A stretch of DNA of 61,349 nt from Chloroflexota bacterium (GCA_026389585.1 JAPLHP010000075.1:1-61349); one strand, 5' to 3'; positions 28,298 through 41,573 are shown, counted from the stretch's first letter. Notes: generated by a model from the letters alone, not told the origin. Program-made: numbers and translations.

Positions 28298-28753
28298 TTG
28301 AAAATTGGCGTCCTCTCTGATACCCACGTTGATTCGCTCGGACAGATCCCGTCCCCGATTCTGAAAGCTCTAGGTGAGGTGGACCTCATCGTGCATGCTG
28401 GCGATTTCACCGAAACGGCGGTGCTGGAGGGGCTCAGAACGCTGGCGGAAGTGAAGGCGGTAGCCGGCAACATGGACTCGAATGAAATCAAGAGAATGCT
28501 GCCCCGAAAGGAGCAGTTCATGGTCGGCGGGAAAAGGGTAGGGCTGACTCATGGTTCAGGTCCGCCCTGGGGATTGGCAGGCAAGGTGAGAGATATATTC
28601 GACAATGTGGACCTTATCATTTACGGTCATTCGCACCAGTTGGTGAATGAATATATTAACGGAGCTCTCTTGTTTAACCCGGGTCGGTGCAGGAACTCCT
28701 TCGGCATCCTGACCATCGGCGATGAGATAAAGACCGAGATAATAAGGGTTTGA
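28298..28753 (+). CDS. YfcE/MJ0936-type metallophosphoesterase
   Basis: GVLSDTH, HAGDF, GNMD and GHSH motifs. TTG start. Confidence 0.85.
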   Translation: MKIGVLSDTHVDSLGQIPSPILKALGEVDLIVHAGDFTETAVLEGLRTLAEVKAVAGNMDSNEIKRMLPRKEQFMVGGKRVGLTHGSGPPWGLAGKVRDIFDNVDLIIYGHSHQLVNEYINGALLFNPGRCRNSFGILTIGDEIKTEIIRV

Positions 28754-28853
28754 GCTGCAGAAAACGGTGGCACAATATCCGCAAGTGCCTGCTAGGCCCT
28801 GATGATGTGTGTAGTAGCCCTTGTAATGATTGGTGACCCTGGGTTGTGACCGT

Positions 28854-28894
28854 AATGCAATACTATTGCATTTGCTCTCTGGTCGTGCTATAGT
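28854..28894 (+). promoter_or_regulatory. promoter with 19-bp perfect palindrome (putative Zur operator)
   Basis: AATGCAATAcTATTGCATT (28854-28872) overlaps the -35-like TTGCAT (28866-28871). A 17-nt spacer leads to TGcTATAGT (28886-28894), 33 nt upstream of the zur ATG. Confidence 0.65.
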
Positions 28895-28926
28895 TTGGCT
28901 GGCTGTTGTGGGACTGGAGTCTGTGA

Positions 28927-29349
28927 ATGTCTTTCGTTGAGTATTCCATAAAGGTGCTGCGCTCCAGAGGCTATAAGGTGACCAGGCCTCGAAAGCAGGT
29001 ACTTGAGGCGATTGAGAATGCTGCAGGACCCGTTTCGCCCTATGACATTGAAAGAATGGTACAACAGCATGGCGAGCATCTGGACCCTGTCACTGTCTAC
29101 CGGGTGATTAACCTGTTGTGTTCCTTGACCCTGGTACATAAAGTCCTGTCACGCGGCGGATTCGTTAAATGCGATTTGCTTGAGGAGCCGGGCTGCCATC
29201 GTTTTCTGGTATGCCGTGGCTGCGGAATACTCCAGGAGTTCACTGATGATTCGTTGTGCCGTCAGGAGAGTCAGATTGCTCAGAGATTGGGATTTCAGGC
29301 TGAGCATCATCTGACCGAATCCTCAGGTCTTTGTCAGCGCTGCCGTTGA
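28927..29349 (+). CDS. zur: Fur family transcriptional regulator (likely Zur)
   Basis: RPRKQVLEAI..VYRVINLL winged helix, plus CxxC pairs (CRGCG, CQRC). First gene of the znu operon. Confidence 0.8.
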   Translation: MSFVEYSIKVLRSRGYKVTRPRKQVLEAIENAAGPVSPYDIERMVQQHGEHLDPVTVYRVINLLCSLTLVHKVLSRGGFVKCDLLEEPGCHRFLVCRGCGILQEFTDDSLCRQESQIAQRLGFQAEHHLTESSGLCQRCR

Positions 29350-29375
29350 CTGCGGTGCTGTGAAAAGAAGAAATA

Positions 29376-30302
29376 ATGCTTGGTTTGGTGAAGCCACGAT
29401 TTGAGTTCGGTAAACGCATTGCTGTCTTGTTACTGGCTTTGCTTGTGGTTCTGGGTGCTGTTGCCTGCGCGCCACGTGCGAGCACGGGGAAACTCAAGGT
29501 TGTAGCGACAATATTTCCTCTGGCGGATTTTGTGAAGAACGTGGCTGGAGATAGGGTGGAGGTGATCACTCTCCTGCCACCTGGAGCAGATCCACATACC
29601 TGGGAACCATTGCCGGAGCAAGTGAAAACGATTGCTGAGGCGAGGCTTCTCGTCATCAATGGGGCAGGACTGGAGTTCTGGGCAGAGAAGGTGGTCAAGG
29701 CAGCAGCCAGCCCCGATCTGGTGGTGGTGGATACCTCTGCGATACCTGCGATGGAAGGCGCTCTGCTTACTGGTGATGAGCATGAAGGAGGGGTGAATCC
29801 TCATGTCTGGGCTGACCCTCTCCTGGCACAGAAGCAGGTTGAGGCCATTGCAGAAGCTCTCATTATGGTGGACCCAGCGAACAAGGATGCTTACATAGCA
29901 AATGCCGCTGCCTACGTTGTCGAACTAAAGTCTCTGGATGAGGAGATCAGAAACACAACGCAGTTGTTCTCTATCCGAGATTTCATTACCATTCATCCTT
30001 CCTGGACCTACTTTGCCGGGAGGTATGGATTGGTCGAGGCAGCCGTGATAGAGGAGTCGCCAGGTGGGGAGCCTTCAGCGGCTTATATCCAACAGGTGGT
30101 TGACCTGGCACGGGAGCTCAAGGTGAAAGCCATTTTTGCTGAGCCTCAGTTCAGCTCTAAGGCAGCAGACACTATTGCTGCCGAGAGCGGATCCCAGGTT
30201 CTTTTTCTTGACGCTATCGGTGGTGCTGACCTGCCAGGCAGGGACAGTTATATTAACCTCATGAGATATAACCTGGACCAAATGAAGCAGGCGATGCAGT
30301 GA
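29376..30302 (+). CDS. znuA: metal (zinc) ABC transporter substrate-binding lipoprotein
   Basis: Signal LLLALLVVLGAVAC. DPHTWEP and NPHVW metal-ligand regions (ZnuA/TroA fold). Confidence 0.85.
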   Translation: MLGLVKPRFEFGKRIAVLLLALLVVLGAVACAPRASTGKLKVVATIFPLADFVKNVAGDRVEVITLLPPGADPHTWEPLPEQVKTIAEARLLVINGAGLEFWAEKVVKAAASPDLVVVDTSAIPAMEGALLTGDEHEGGVNPHVWADPLLAQKQVEAIAEALIMVDPANKDAYIANAAAYVVELKSLDEEIRNTTQLFSIRDFITIHPSWTYFAGRYGLVEAAVIEESPGGEPSAAYIQQVVDLARELKVKAIFAEPQFSSKAADTIAAESGSQVLFLDAIGGADLPGRDSYINLMRYNLDQMKQAMQ

Positions 30303-31081
30303 CAATATCGAGTGTAGTCAGCCTTGAAGATGTCTGGGTGTACTACCAGGAGACCACGGCTCTGGAGGCTGTCAGCTTGGAGATAGAAGACGGTGAGTTT
30401 TTGGGTCTCATTGGCCCCAATGGCAGCGGCAAGACTACCTTGATCAAGGTCATCCTCGGCCTGGTGAAGCCGGACAGAGGCCAGGTGAAGGTGTTCGGAG
30501 TGACACCGGGCAAACTGGGTTACAAGCATCATCTCATCGGCTATGTCCCTCAGAGAAGCAATGGCGACTGGACTTTCCCTGTTTCTGTTATCGACGTAGT
30601 CATGATGGGACGGTATGGTCGCATCGGTTTGTTCAAGCGTCCTTCCTCTGCTGATGAAGCCATTGCCTTGAAATCGCTGGAAGCTGTCCAGATGAAGGAC
30701 TTTGCCCGGCGGCAATTGGCTCAGTTGTCAGGCGGTCAGCAGCAGAGGGTGTTGATCGCCCGGGCACTGGCCACTGAGCCCAAACTGCTGCTGCTCGATG
30801 AGCCGGCAGCCGGTGTGGATGCGCATGGTGAGGAACAGTTCTATGGATTGCTGAAGGAGCTGAAGGAGAAGCACGGTTTGACTATCGTTGTGGTGACTCA
30901 CGACATAGCGGTCGTTTCCTCGCACGTAGAGAAGCTGGCCTGTTTGAATCAGACTTTGTATACACATGCTTCACCCACTGAGGTATTCACCACCGGGACG
31001 CTGGAGAAGGTCTATGGGTGTGAGATGGAGATCCTGGCTCACGGCAGGATTCCGCATCGTGTGGTAGAGGAGCATAAGTGA
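30299..31081 (+). CDS. znuC: metal ABC transporter ATP-binding protein
   Basis: GLIGPNGSGKTT, LSGGQQQRV and LLLDEP. Confidence 0.9.
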   Translation: MTISSVVSLEDVWVYYQETTALEAVSLEIEDGEFLGLIGPNGSGKTTLIKVILGLVKPDRGQVKVFGVTPGKLGYKHHLIGYVPQRSNGDWTFPVSVIDVVMMGRYGRIGLFKRPSSADEAIALKSLEAVQMKDFARRQLAQLSGGQQQRVLIARALATEPKLLLLDEPAAGVDAHGEEQFYGLLKELKEKHGLTIVVVTHDIAVVSSHVEKLACLNQTLYTHASPTEVFTTGTLEKVYGCEMEILAHGRIPHRVVEEHK

Positions 31082-31082
31082 T

Positions 31083-31907
31083 ATGGATATCCTGCATTAC
31101 GCCTTTATGCAGAGGGCCTTGGTGGCTGCGGTGCTGGTGGGAGTTGTCTGCTCGGTCATCGGCACGTATGTGGTCTTGAAGAAATTGGCTTTCATCGGCG
31201 CTGGCATTTCCCACTCTGCCTTTGGTGGTGTTGCCCTGGGCTACTTGCTGGGGGTCAATCCGATAGGTGTGGCCATCCCCTTCTGTCTGGCTGCGGCCAT
31301 GGCCATCGGCTGGGTGAGTAAGAAAGGTAGGGTTTCAGAGGACACTGCTATTGGAATCTTCTTTGCCAGTTCCATGGCATTGGGCGTGCTTTTCATCGGA
31401 CTCAAGGCGGGCTACAATGTGGACCTTTTTGGCTATCTGTTTGGCTCCATTCTCTCAGTATCCAGTTCTGATATCTGGCTTATCCTGGGTTTGGGTCTCG
31501 GTGTGATCGTAGTGGTCATTCTCCTGTTTAAGGAGTTCTTCTTCATGAGTTTTGACGAGGAGATGGCGGCGGTAAGCGGCCTTCCGGTACGTACACTTTA
31601 CTTTCTGCTCTTAGGCCTTATGGCGCTGACCGTGATTATTTCCATAAAGATTGTGGGCATAATCCTTGTGGAAGCGCTTCTGGTCATACCGGCCGCGGCG
31701 GCCTTTCAGTTGACGCGCAACTTTGTTCGGATGATGTTGCTCTCGGTGCTCCTGGGAGTGGTATCGAGTGTGGCGGGACTATTTCTCTCATACTGGCTTA
31801 ACCTGGCTTCCGGCGCTACCATTGTGCTGACTGCGGCGGCTATCTTCTTCCTTTGCTTCGTTTTCTCCCCGAAACGCAGACGTCATCAAGCCTCAGCCGA
31901 GAGGTAG
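31083..31907 (+). CDS. znuB: metal ABC transporter permease
   Basis: ABC-3 type permease with 8-9 TM segments, starting FMQRALVAAVLVG. Confidence 0.88.
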   Translation: MDILHYAFMQRALVAAVLVGVVCSVIGTYVVLKKLAFIGAGISHSAFGGVALGYLLGVNPIGVAIPFCLAAAMAIGWVSKKGRVSEDTAIGIFFASSMALGVLFIGLKAGYNVDLFGYLFGSILSVSSSDIWLILGLGLGVIVVVILLFKEFFFMSFDEEMAAVSGLPVRTLYFLLLGLMALTVIISIKIVGIILVEALLVIPAAAAFQLTRNFVRMMLLSVLLGVVSSVAGLFLSYWLNLASGATIVLTAAAIFFLCFVFSPKRRRHQASAER

Positions 31908-32020
31908 ATGATTGACCTTGTTCATGTGGTCTCAAGTTAGCGTACTGAGAAGCCCGGTATGAAGGGTTAACGCCTGTGGCCTCTACTCGGCTGTCTCGAG
32001 TCAGTGGTAAGGTACTGTAA

Positions 32021-33055
<1,035 letters not shown>

Positions 33056-33137
33056 TTACTACGTATACCAGCAGCCTAATGCTCCTGGTCGCTCGTAGCG
33101 TACTCAAGTGTCTGTATTATTCTATTTGTCAGAAGAC

Positions 33138-33233
33138 CTATTTATGCCGTCTCGCCCAAGCGGTCCTCTTCAACATCTTTTTGTGCTTGTGTTTGGCCAT
33201 TTTCTTCTGGCGCCACTTAAGAACAGAGCCCAT
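33138..33233 (-). CDS. 31-aa AURKAIP1/COX24-type basic peptide (bS22-like; not in ORF track)
   Basis: MGSVLKWRQKKMAKHKHKKMLKRTAWARRHK closely resembles the actinobacterial bS22 pattern MGSVIKKRRKRM.KKKHRKLL..TR.QRR. Confidence 0.65.
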   Translation of the reverse strand: MGSVLKWRQKKMAKHKHKKMLKRTAWARRHK

Positions 33234-33416
33234 ACATATTGCCTTTCATAGAATCACCTACCTTGTTCAGCAGTCTTTGGCTGCGACTAAGCATATCAAT
33301 GGATACTTCATGGAATATGATATCACCAATGGCTGTTGGCAGAAAGCCTGAGCACAATGTAGCGCTCTATCCATGGAGCACCTCTACGATGGTGGTATTG
33401 GTCATGCCAGTAAGTT

Positions 33417-34420
33417 TCACTGGACCCCCGGGGTTCTATAGAGGATGGTGCCATTATTGTGGACTCTTTCTGCCTTTCCCTCGGCGCACAACGGTTCCAG
33501 GTGGGCCAGAGCTGACATTACCGCCAGGCGTTTATCGAGAGGGAGCAGTTCCCCAAAAGACATGGTGAGGCCATTGACAATCCAGGGGATTTGAAGGGAA
33601 ATATCATAGGCTGTCTTGGGCCCTTCTTTCAAGACATTGGCGATGGCGGTACTTCTTTGTTCATGGTGGTGGAGCAATTCCTTAATTCTCTGCCTTATAC
33701 CGGTGAAGACATACTCGTGTGCCGGGAGGACAAGGTCAACATCCAATGTTTCGATAGTTCTCAGTGAGCGGAGGTAGTGGCTGAGGGGGTCAGGCCCTGA
33801 CTGCGGGTGTAAGCTGATATTAGGGAATGTAGCAGGTAGTATATGGTCTCCTGATAGCAATATCTTCTTTGACCTGTCGTAGAGGCAGACGTGCCCCGGG
33901 GAATGTCCTGGTGTCCAGATCACTTCGAAGTCGAAGCTGCCTTGATGAATTATTTCGCCACCATTCAGCGTTATCTCGGGAGACATAGGCATGACAAATT
34001 GCATTACTCCCATTGATGCCTTCTGAAGGCGGGGCAGCTCTGCTTCTGGCACTCCATTGAGACGAAGCAGGCTGGCTGTTTCGTCGAGTAGGTTGTCTGT
34101 GTTGACATATCGGGAGTCAATGAAATCCCTTTCCACCCGGTGGAGGGCCACCTTTGCCTTTGACAGTTCTACCAGCCGTCCTGCCAGGCCGTAGTGGTCA
34201 GGGTGAAAATGGGTGATGATGATCTGGGTAATGTTATCAAAACCAACCCCGATCTCAGCCAGTTGTTTTTCCATAGCAGCAAATGCTTGCCTGGTATTCC
34301 AGCCGGTGTCCACCAGAAGCCAGCCATGGTCTCCCTGAATGAGGTAGGCGTTGACTGCCAACTGGTCGCCAAGCAGGAGAATCGGCAGTTTCAACTGATA
34401 GATCCCTGGCACTATCTCCA

Positions 34421-34421
<1 letters not shown>
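33417..34421 (-). CDS. MBL-fold metallo-hydrolase
   Basis: ITHFHPDHYG motif. The start overlaps the eno stop (TAATG). Confidence 0.8.
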
Positions 34422-36144
<1,723 letters not shown>

Positions 36145-36438
36145 TTCTTCTGCGAGACACGCCTGCTCAACGGAACACTCACTACCACCGACAACAGCGA
36201 TGAATATGATAAGAGGTATCTCCTAAAAGTGAAAATAGTTCGGACTGGCCGAACTTCGATGGGGGAATTATAGCATCTCGTTTCCAGCTTTAACAACAGA
36301 AGCGAAGTATCATCGCTCTCTGCCTGTGATTAGTGGCGGCTTGATGCCTCTTGTTGACACTCTGCTTCTTCGTGGTTACCATTTTATCCACTGGCCAAAT
36401 AACTGTAGCTCTGGCACGGCAGCCGAGGTTAGGGGTTA

Positions 36439-36933
36439 ATGATGAGAGGGGAAGACCATCCTGCTGAGGGAAAGAAGCCAAGTCTCTTGGCGCGTGGGCT
36501 TGCTCTGGTGGCTAAGGAATGGGGGCTGAGGAGGTTTGTCCAGTTCGGCCTTGTCGGTTTGAGTGGGACGGGCGTTAACATGGGTACGTTCTGGTTCTTC
36601 ACCAGAATTGCCCATCTGAAGGACCTCGTGGCGTTGATAATTGCCTACACTGCTGCCACACTTTCTAACTTTATCCTGAATGATATCTGGACCTTTAGAG
36701 ACAGAAGGGTAAAGAGCATGGAAGCCACCCTGATGCGTGCCTTTAAGTTTGCTTTGGTAAGCGGGGGTGCTATCGCCCTCTACTATGCAATCTACACTCC
36801 GCTTACCAGAATTTTGGGACTCTATGACCTGGCAGCCCTGGCCATTGCCATCGGGGTTGGCATGGTGTGGAACTTCAGCATCAACGTGTTGTGGACCTGG
36901 CGGAAAAGAAGCCCAACGGGATCACTCAAATGA
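36439..36933 (+). CDS. GtrA family membrane protein
   Basis: [17 protein letters not shown], four TM segments, about 160 aa. Confidence 0.75.
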   Translation: MMRGEDHPAEGKKPSLLARGLALVAKEWGLRRFVQFGLVGLSGTGVNMGTFWFFTRIAHLKDLVALIIAYTAATLSNFILNDIWTFRDRRVKSMEATLMRAFKFALVSGGAIALYYAIYTPLTRILGLYDLAALAIAIGVGMVWNFSINVLWTWRKRSPTGSLK

Positions 36934-37464
36934 GTATCTTTCGACCTGGAAGCGGTAGAGCTTTACAGGCTCCTGTGGAAGTATCCCTGCTTTGTGGCGG
37001 CAGATGTCAATCTGGTATTCTGCAGTATCGACGCCTTCAAGATCGGGAAGCAGCAGCCCTCTCCTCCTCCCACTCTCCACGATGACCCCGTATCTCTTCG
37101 GGTCAAGCTGGTCTAGGCTCTCCACTGGCTCTGGCTTGCTGAGGACATCTACGCTGTAGCTCAGATGGGGAAGTTCGGCTGGTGTCACCGGGGGGAAACG
37201 GGGGTCCCGTGTGGCTGAACTGACGGCATTGTTCATAATCTCTTCAGCCACATTTGATTGAGTGGGCTCAAATGTGCCGATGCAGCCTCGCAGTTCCCCG
37301 AATTTTTTTATGGAAACGAATACGCCTGCCCGGTCCTTCATCTCAGGCGTCAGCGCTATTGGTTTTGTGACATAACCCCCCTTGACATAACTTTCCACGG
37401 TTTCCTTGGCCAGGCGGGTCAGTGGGTGCAATCGTTTTGTTGGTTCGCTGCTATTGGGGTCCAT
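36922..37464 (-). CDS. AmmeMemoRadiSam system protein A (AMMECR1 domain)
   Basis: [10 protein letters not shown] motif. Confidence 0.88.
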   Translation of the reverse strand: MDPNSSEPTKRLHPLTRLAKETVESYVKGGYVTKPIALTPEMKDRAGVFVSIKKFGELRGCIGTFEPTQSNVAEEIMNNAVSSATRDPRFPPVTPAELPHLSYSVDVLSKPEPVESLDQLDPKRYGVIVESGRRRGLLLPDLEGVDTAEYQIDICRHKAGILPQEPVKLYRFQVERYSFE

Positions 37465-38508
37465 CTAGGCGCACCTTTCAACTATTCTTGATCTTATGTT
37501 CAAATCGGCGCCACAAGACTGACACTTGGAACCACTAAGGCCCAGCAATTGGACCTGGTAGCCCCACCGCTTTATGGCGATTTTACCACAGGAGTAGCAG
37601 ACGGTGTTCTCGCCAGGGTGGCCGGGGATATTGCCAGCATAGACAAAGCGCAGTCCGGCTTCGTGCCCAATAGCCAGGGCTCGCTCCAGGGTGGCTGTAG
37701 GAGTCGGTGACAGGTGGTTCATCAGGTGGTGCGGGTAGAAACGGGTGACATGCCAGGGAGTCAACTCGCCCAGCTCAGCCACAATCCAGGAGGCTATCCC
37801 CTTTAGCTGCTCCTCATCATCGTTCATAGTGGGGATGAGGTTGGTCACCACCTCTACATGCATGCGCCACTTCTCCTTAGCGCGCCTGGCAACCTCAAGT
37901 ATACCTCGCCATCTAGCTACCCTGGCCAGGTTCCGGTAAAAAGCGTCGGAGAAGCCTTTTATATCCACCCGCCAGGCATTGAGGAAAGGGCCGATGATGT
38001 CCAGTGCCTCTGCGGTAAGAAAGCCGTTGGTCACATAAACCGTGTAGAGTTTATTCTGTCTGGCCAGCCTGGCTGAATCCAGGGTGTACTCGAACCAGAT
38101 GGCCGGCTCATTATAGGTCCAGGCGATGCCGGCACAATCATTTCGTTTGGTCGCCTCTATAGCGGCTTCGGGAGAGATGATTTGAGAGCCAGCGGGAAGT
38201 TCCTCTACGCAGGCTATCTGCCAGTTCTGGCAGTCCTGACAGTGGAAGTTACACCCCCAGCCACCCAGCGAGAAAACCTGACTGCCGGGGAAGAAGTGAA
38301 AGAGAGGTTTCTTTTCGATGGGATCGACAGCCGCTGAAGACACCATGGCATAGTTCATGGTGTAAAGCTTTCCCTCTTTATTCTGACGTACTTTACATAA
38401 CCCGAACTTGTCGGGATTGATAACGCATTCCCATTGACAGACATGGCAGCGCACCTGCGAGTTGGGGAGTTGTTCACAAAGCATGGCCTCTCGCAGGTTC
38501 TGTTTCAT
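37465..38508 (-). CDS. AmmeMemoRadiSam system radical SAM enzyme
   Basis: An N-terminal Cys cluster precedes GWGCNFHCQDCQNW (CxxxCxxC). Contiguous with the AMMECR1 gene. Confidence 0.88.
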   Translation of the reverse strand: MKQNLREAMLCEQLPNSQVRCHVCQWECVINPDKFGLCKVRQNKEGKLYTMNYAMVSSAAVDPIEKKPLFHFFPGSQVFSLGGWGCNFHCQDCQNWQIACVEELPAGSQIISPEAAIEATKRNDCAGIAWTYNEPAIWFEYTLDSARLARQNKLYTVYVTNGFLTAEALDIIGPFLNAWRVDIKGFSDAFYRNLARVARWRGILEVARRAKEKWRMHVEVVTNLIPTMNDDEEQLKGIASWIVAELGELTPWHVTRFYPHHLMNHLSPTPTATLERALAIGHEAGLRFVYAGNIPGHPGENTVCYSCGKIAIKRWGYQVQLLGLSGSKCQSCGADLNIRSRIVERCA

Positions 38509-38520
38509 CGTCTGAACCTA

Positions 38521-38871
38521 TCAGATCATCTTGACTATGACAGGGGCCTCGCCCCACAGACTCTCCAGTTGGTAGTATTCCCTCGATAATGGGGTGAATA
38601 TATGGACAATAATGTTTCCCACGACCAGCAATACCCATCCAGAGCTAGCTGTCCCCTCGTAGTGGTAGGTGTTGATAGATTCCTTTTTTAATGCCTCATC
38701 AATGGCTTCATGGATAGCCTCTATCTGCCGGTCATTATCCGCGCTGCAGATAACGAAATAGTCAGCAAAGGAGCAGGCCTTTCTTGTGTCCAGCAGCACT
38801 ACGTCCGAGGCCTGCTTATCTGCAGCTGTTTCGACAATCTTCTTAGCCAGCTCTACAGCTTCCAAGGGCAC
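38521..38871 (-). CDS. rsfS: ribosome silencing factor
   Basis: DVVLLD..ADYFVICS..WVLL..IVHIF..REYYQLE. Confidence 0.9.
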   Translation of the reverse strand: MPLEAVELAKKIVETAADKQASDVVLLDTRKACSFADYFVICSADNDRQIEAIHEAIDEALKKESINTYHYEGTASSGWVLLVVGNIIVHIFTPLSREYYQLESLWGEAPVIVKMI

Positions 38872-38971
38872 CTCACTTGCATTTCAACTCCTCACATCAC
38901 TCGCTCAGGAAACCCCTAACCATATCGATCACTATGACAGATCTGGCCATTGCCATGTTCCTCTCTTAGAG

Positions 38972-39277
38972 TTAGCCGTTGCGCTCTGCCTGATGGGCAA
39001 ATTCTCCCACCAGCGAAGCTGCTTTGCCGTAATCCCCGGCGTCGAAGGCTTCCAATGCTCCTTCCAGAAGGCGGACTTCTCCAAACAGGTTAGCTGACAT
39101 AGCGCCGCCAACGCAGCACCTCCCTGCATCAGCCCGCCAGAAAAGGGCCTCTTTGATCTCCAGTATCCTCTTCATCTCTTCGCGGCACTGACTGGCCTCA
39201 GCGGGTTGGAGCAACCTTTCTCTGAGTGACTCCATCAGCTCTCTGGTGATTATGAGGATTTGGTCATCTTTCAACAT
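38972..39277 (-). CDS. hypothetical protein
   Basis: Clean 101-aa helical ORF upstream of rsfS on the same strand. No motif recognised. Confidence 0.4.
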   Translation of the reverse strand: MLKDDQILIITRELMESLRERLLQPAEASQCREEMKRILEIKEALFWRADAGRCCVGGAMSANLFGEVRLLEGALEAFDAGDYGKAASLVGEFAHQAERNG

Positions 39278-39510
39278 TGAGGTCTGGCAATTCCCGAAAC
39301 CATTATCTCATGAAACTGGGGATAGCTTACTGCAAACCACTTGATTATGTCCATCAGGCTGCGGGCATGCGGTTACAGGGGAAATTTCGATTTGCTCAGG
39401 AGGGTTGGCCTTTGTGGTAACGGCTACGCAGCGACGTAAATCAGAGCCATTGAGGTTTCAACAGGATGTGAACGCGTGTGTAGATGCAACAGGTCAGCCA
39501 TCCGTCAGAC

Positions 39511-40824
39511 TCAACCCCACTTGAACCCGTGGTCGAGGAAGACGTCCAGACAAGCCTCCGCCGCAGTCGGGTCGTAAAGCACAGCCTTACACTTGTTTAT
39601 TTCCTTCAAGGCTGCGTCCAGACCGAGAGCTGGCCGGTAGGCCCGGTGGAAGGTCATGGCTTCCACAACGTCGGCCACAGCAATGATCCGTGCCTCCAGT
39701 TCGATATTTTCACCCTGAAGAGCCGAAGGATAGCCTGATCCATCGAGTCTTTCATGATGCTGGAAAACGACCTTGGCAATCGGCCAGGGGAATTCTATGC
39801 CTTTCAAGATGTCATAGGCTGACTGTGGATGGGATTTGATCAGGGCGAATTCCACATCGGTCAACCGGCCGGGCTTGGTGAGAATGTCACTGGGAATGAA
39901 TATCTTACCCAGGTCGTGGAGGAGTCCCGCTACGCGGATGACCTGGATCTTCTCTGATGGAAGGTGCATCTCCCGGGCTATGGCACAGGCAAGCTGCTTC
40001 ACCCGCTCCTGGTGACCGGCTGTATAGCGATCCCTCATTTCCACTGTCAATGATATGGCCTGGATTACACTCTCTACGGTCGATTCCAGCTGTCTGAAGG
40101 TTTGCTGAACTTGTTCTTCTGCCTGCCTGCGTTCCGTGATATCCCTGTGGATACCCCGATAGCCACGGAGTACTCCGTTCCCATCAAAAAATGGTACGCC
40201 GCTACTTTCCAGGAGAACTGTGCGGCCGTCCTTACGGGATTTCGCCATCTGGACGAATTTGAAGGGTTTTTGCGAAGCGACAGCAGATGAAAGAACCTTA
40301 ATCAGGCGGCTTGCTTCCTGTAGAGGCATGAGGTCGAAGAGGGTTTTCCCCAGCACTTCTTCAGGTTCGTAGCCCAGTATGTCCCTCACTCTGGGGTTGA
40401 CGTAAGTGTAAACAGACTTCTCATTCAATTCCCACACCAGGTCACTAGTCGTCTCGAGCAGATTGCGGAACCGCTCGCTGCTGTCATGTGAAGCCTCCTC
40501 GGTGGGCCTGTGCCCGGTGAGGTCTTTGATCACAGCGACTGCTCCGACCACCTTTCCCATTTTCCGCCACGGAGAAAGCTGGATCCGGAGCTTCAATTGC
40601 TCACCCGACCTGGAGTATGCTTCTGCCTCAAAGGGAGACACTCCCTGGTCCGATAGAGTCTGATTGAGGTGAGATAACATACCCACGGCACTCTTTGGGT
40701 GGTAGTCAAGGGCTGTGACGAGACCATCCAGACATTCTCTGACCGAGTCTCTTCCTGCTTCTGGCATTATTGATGTGTCCCCTTCTGAGATTACGGGCTG
40801 GGCTGGGCTGTTAACACTGTGCAT
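39511..40824 (-). CDS. PAS domain-containing HD-GYP phosphodiesterase
   Basis: Two PAS-like segments, then HDLGKI and HHERLDGSGYP. Confidence 0.88.
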   Translation of the reverse strand: MHSVNSPAQPVISEGDTSIMPEAGRDSVRECLDGLVTALDYHPKSAVGMLSHLNQTLSDQGVSPFEAEAYSRSGEQLKLRIQLSPWRKMGKVVGAVAVIKDLTGHRPTEEASHDSSERFRNLLETTSDLVWELNEKSVYTYVNPRVRDILGYEPEEVLGKTLFDLMPLQEASRLIKVLSSAVASQKPFKFVQMAKSRKDGRTVLLESSGVPFFDGNGVLRGYRGIHRDITERRQAEEQVQQTFRQLESTVESVIQAISLTVEMRDRYTAGHQERVKQLACAIAREMHLPSEKIQVIRVAGLLHDLGKIFIPSDILTKPGRLTDVEFALIKSHPQSAYDILKGIEFPWPIAKVVFQHHERLDGSGYPSALQGENIELEARIIAVADVVEAMTFHRAYRPALGLDAALKEINKCKAVLYDPTAAEACLDVFLDHGFKWG

Positions 40825-41225
40825 GAATGTCAGGCATGGCGAACGTGTGTTTAAGATTTCATGACGTGGTGGACAGATGATAAAGTTGGCTCAAACCACC
40901 AGGAGTTATGGAGACTTGCGCAAGGGGACATGCGGATGGCACATTATAGACTATTGTTGAATGACTTCTGATCAGGGAGTCGGGGGTCGAAGCCCATCAT
41001 CAGCATTTGGCGTAGGTTTGAGCCATCCCCTCATGGTCGTCGCCTGCGCCCCCTGCGCTTGCTGTAGACATGGTTCCTGTGATAATCTGAGCTTTCATTG
41101 GAAGCTCTGGTCAAATCTAAGAGCGGAGTTGTATCTTTGATATTACTGCGGGGATTGGTTTGAGTTGATTGCGTCGTCGTAGAGATTGACGAGTTTGCTG
41201 CGATATGTGGAGAGAGGTCTAAACT

Positions 41226-41561
41226 ATGGAAAATCGACGAGAGCTTCTAAAAGGAAACACTGAAACCATACTTCTTTCTTTGTTGAAGGACCAGCCGATG
41301 TACGGGTACCAGATCATCAAAGAATTGGAGAGAAGGAGCCAGGGTTACTTCAAGTTCAGAGAGGGTACACTATATCCGGCGTTGCATCGATTGGAGACAT
41401 CTGGTCTGGTTATAGGCAGGTGGGAGCGGCTTCCCTCCGGCAAGGAGCGGAGGTATTATCACCCGACCGAGAGGGGGCTGGAATTCCTGGAGGCAAAGAT
41501 AGCTGAGTGGCTAGGTTTTTCCTCAGCAGTGAATCTGGTTATGCAACCAACAGCCAACTAA
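41226..41561 (+). CDS. PadR family transcriptional regulator
   Basis: ILLSLLKDQPMYGYQIIKELERRS..REGTLYPALHRLE. Confidence 0.9.
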   Translation: MENRRELLKGNTETILLSLLKDQPMYGYQIIKELERRSQGYFKFREGTLYPALHRLETSGLVIGRWERLPSGKERRYYHPTERGLEFLEAKIAEWLGFSSAVNLVMQPTAN

Positions 41562-41573
41562 CGAAGCAAAGTA

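Noticed and set aside
40970-41010. A tRNA-like T-arm string (GGGGGTCGAAGCCC) in the intergenic region upstream of padR.
   Set aside because: The stem is imperfect, and no acceptor, D or anticodon arms can be built around it.
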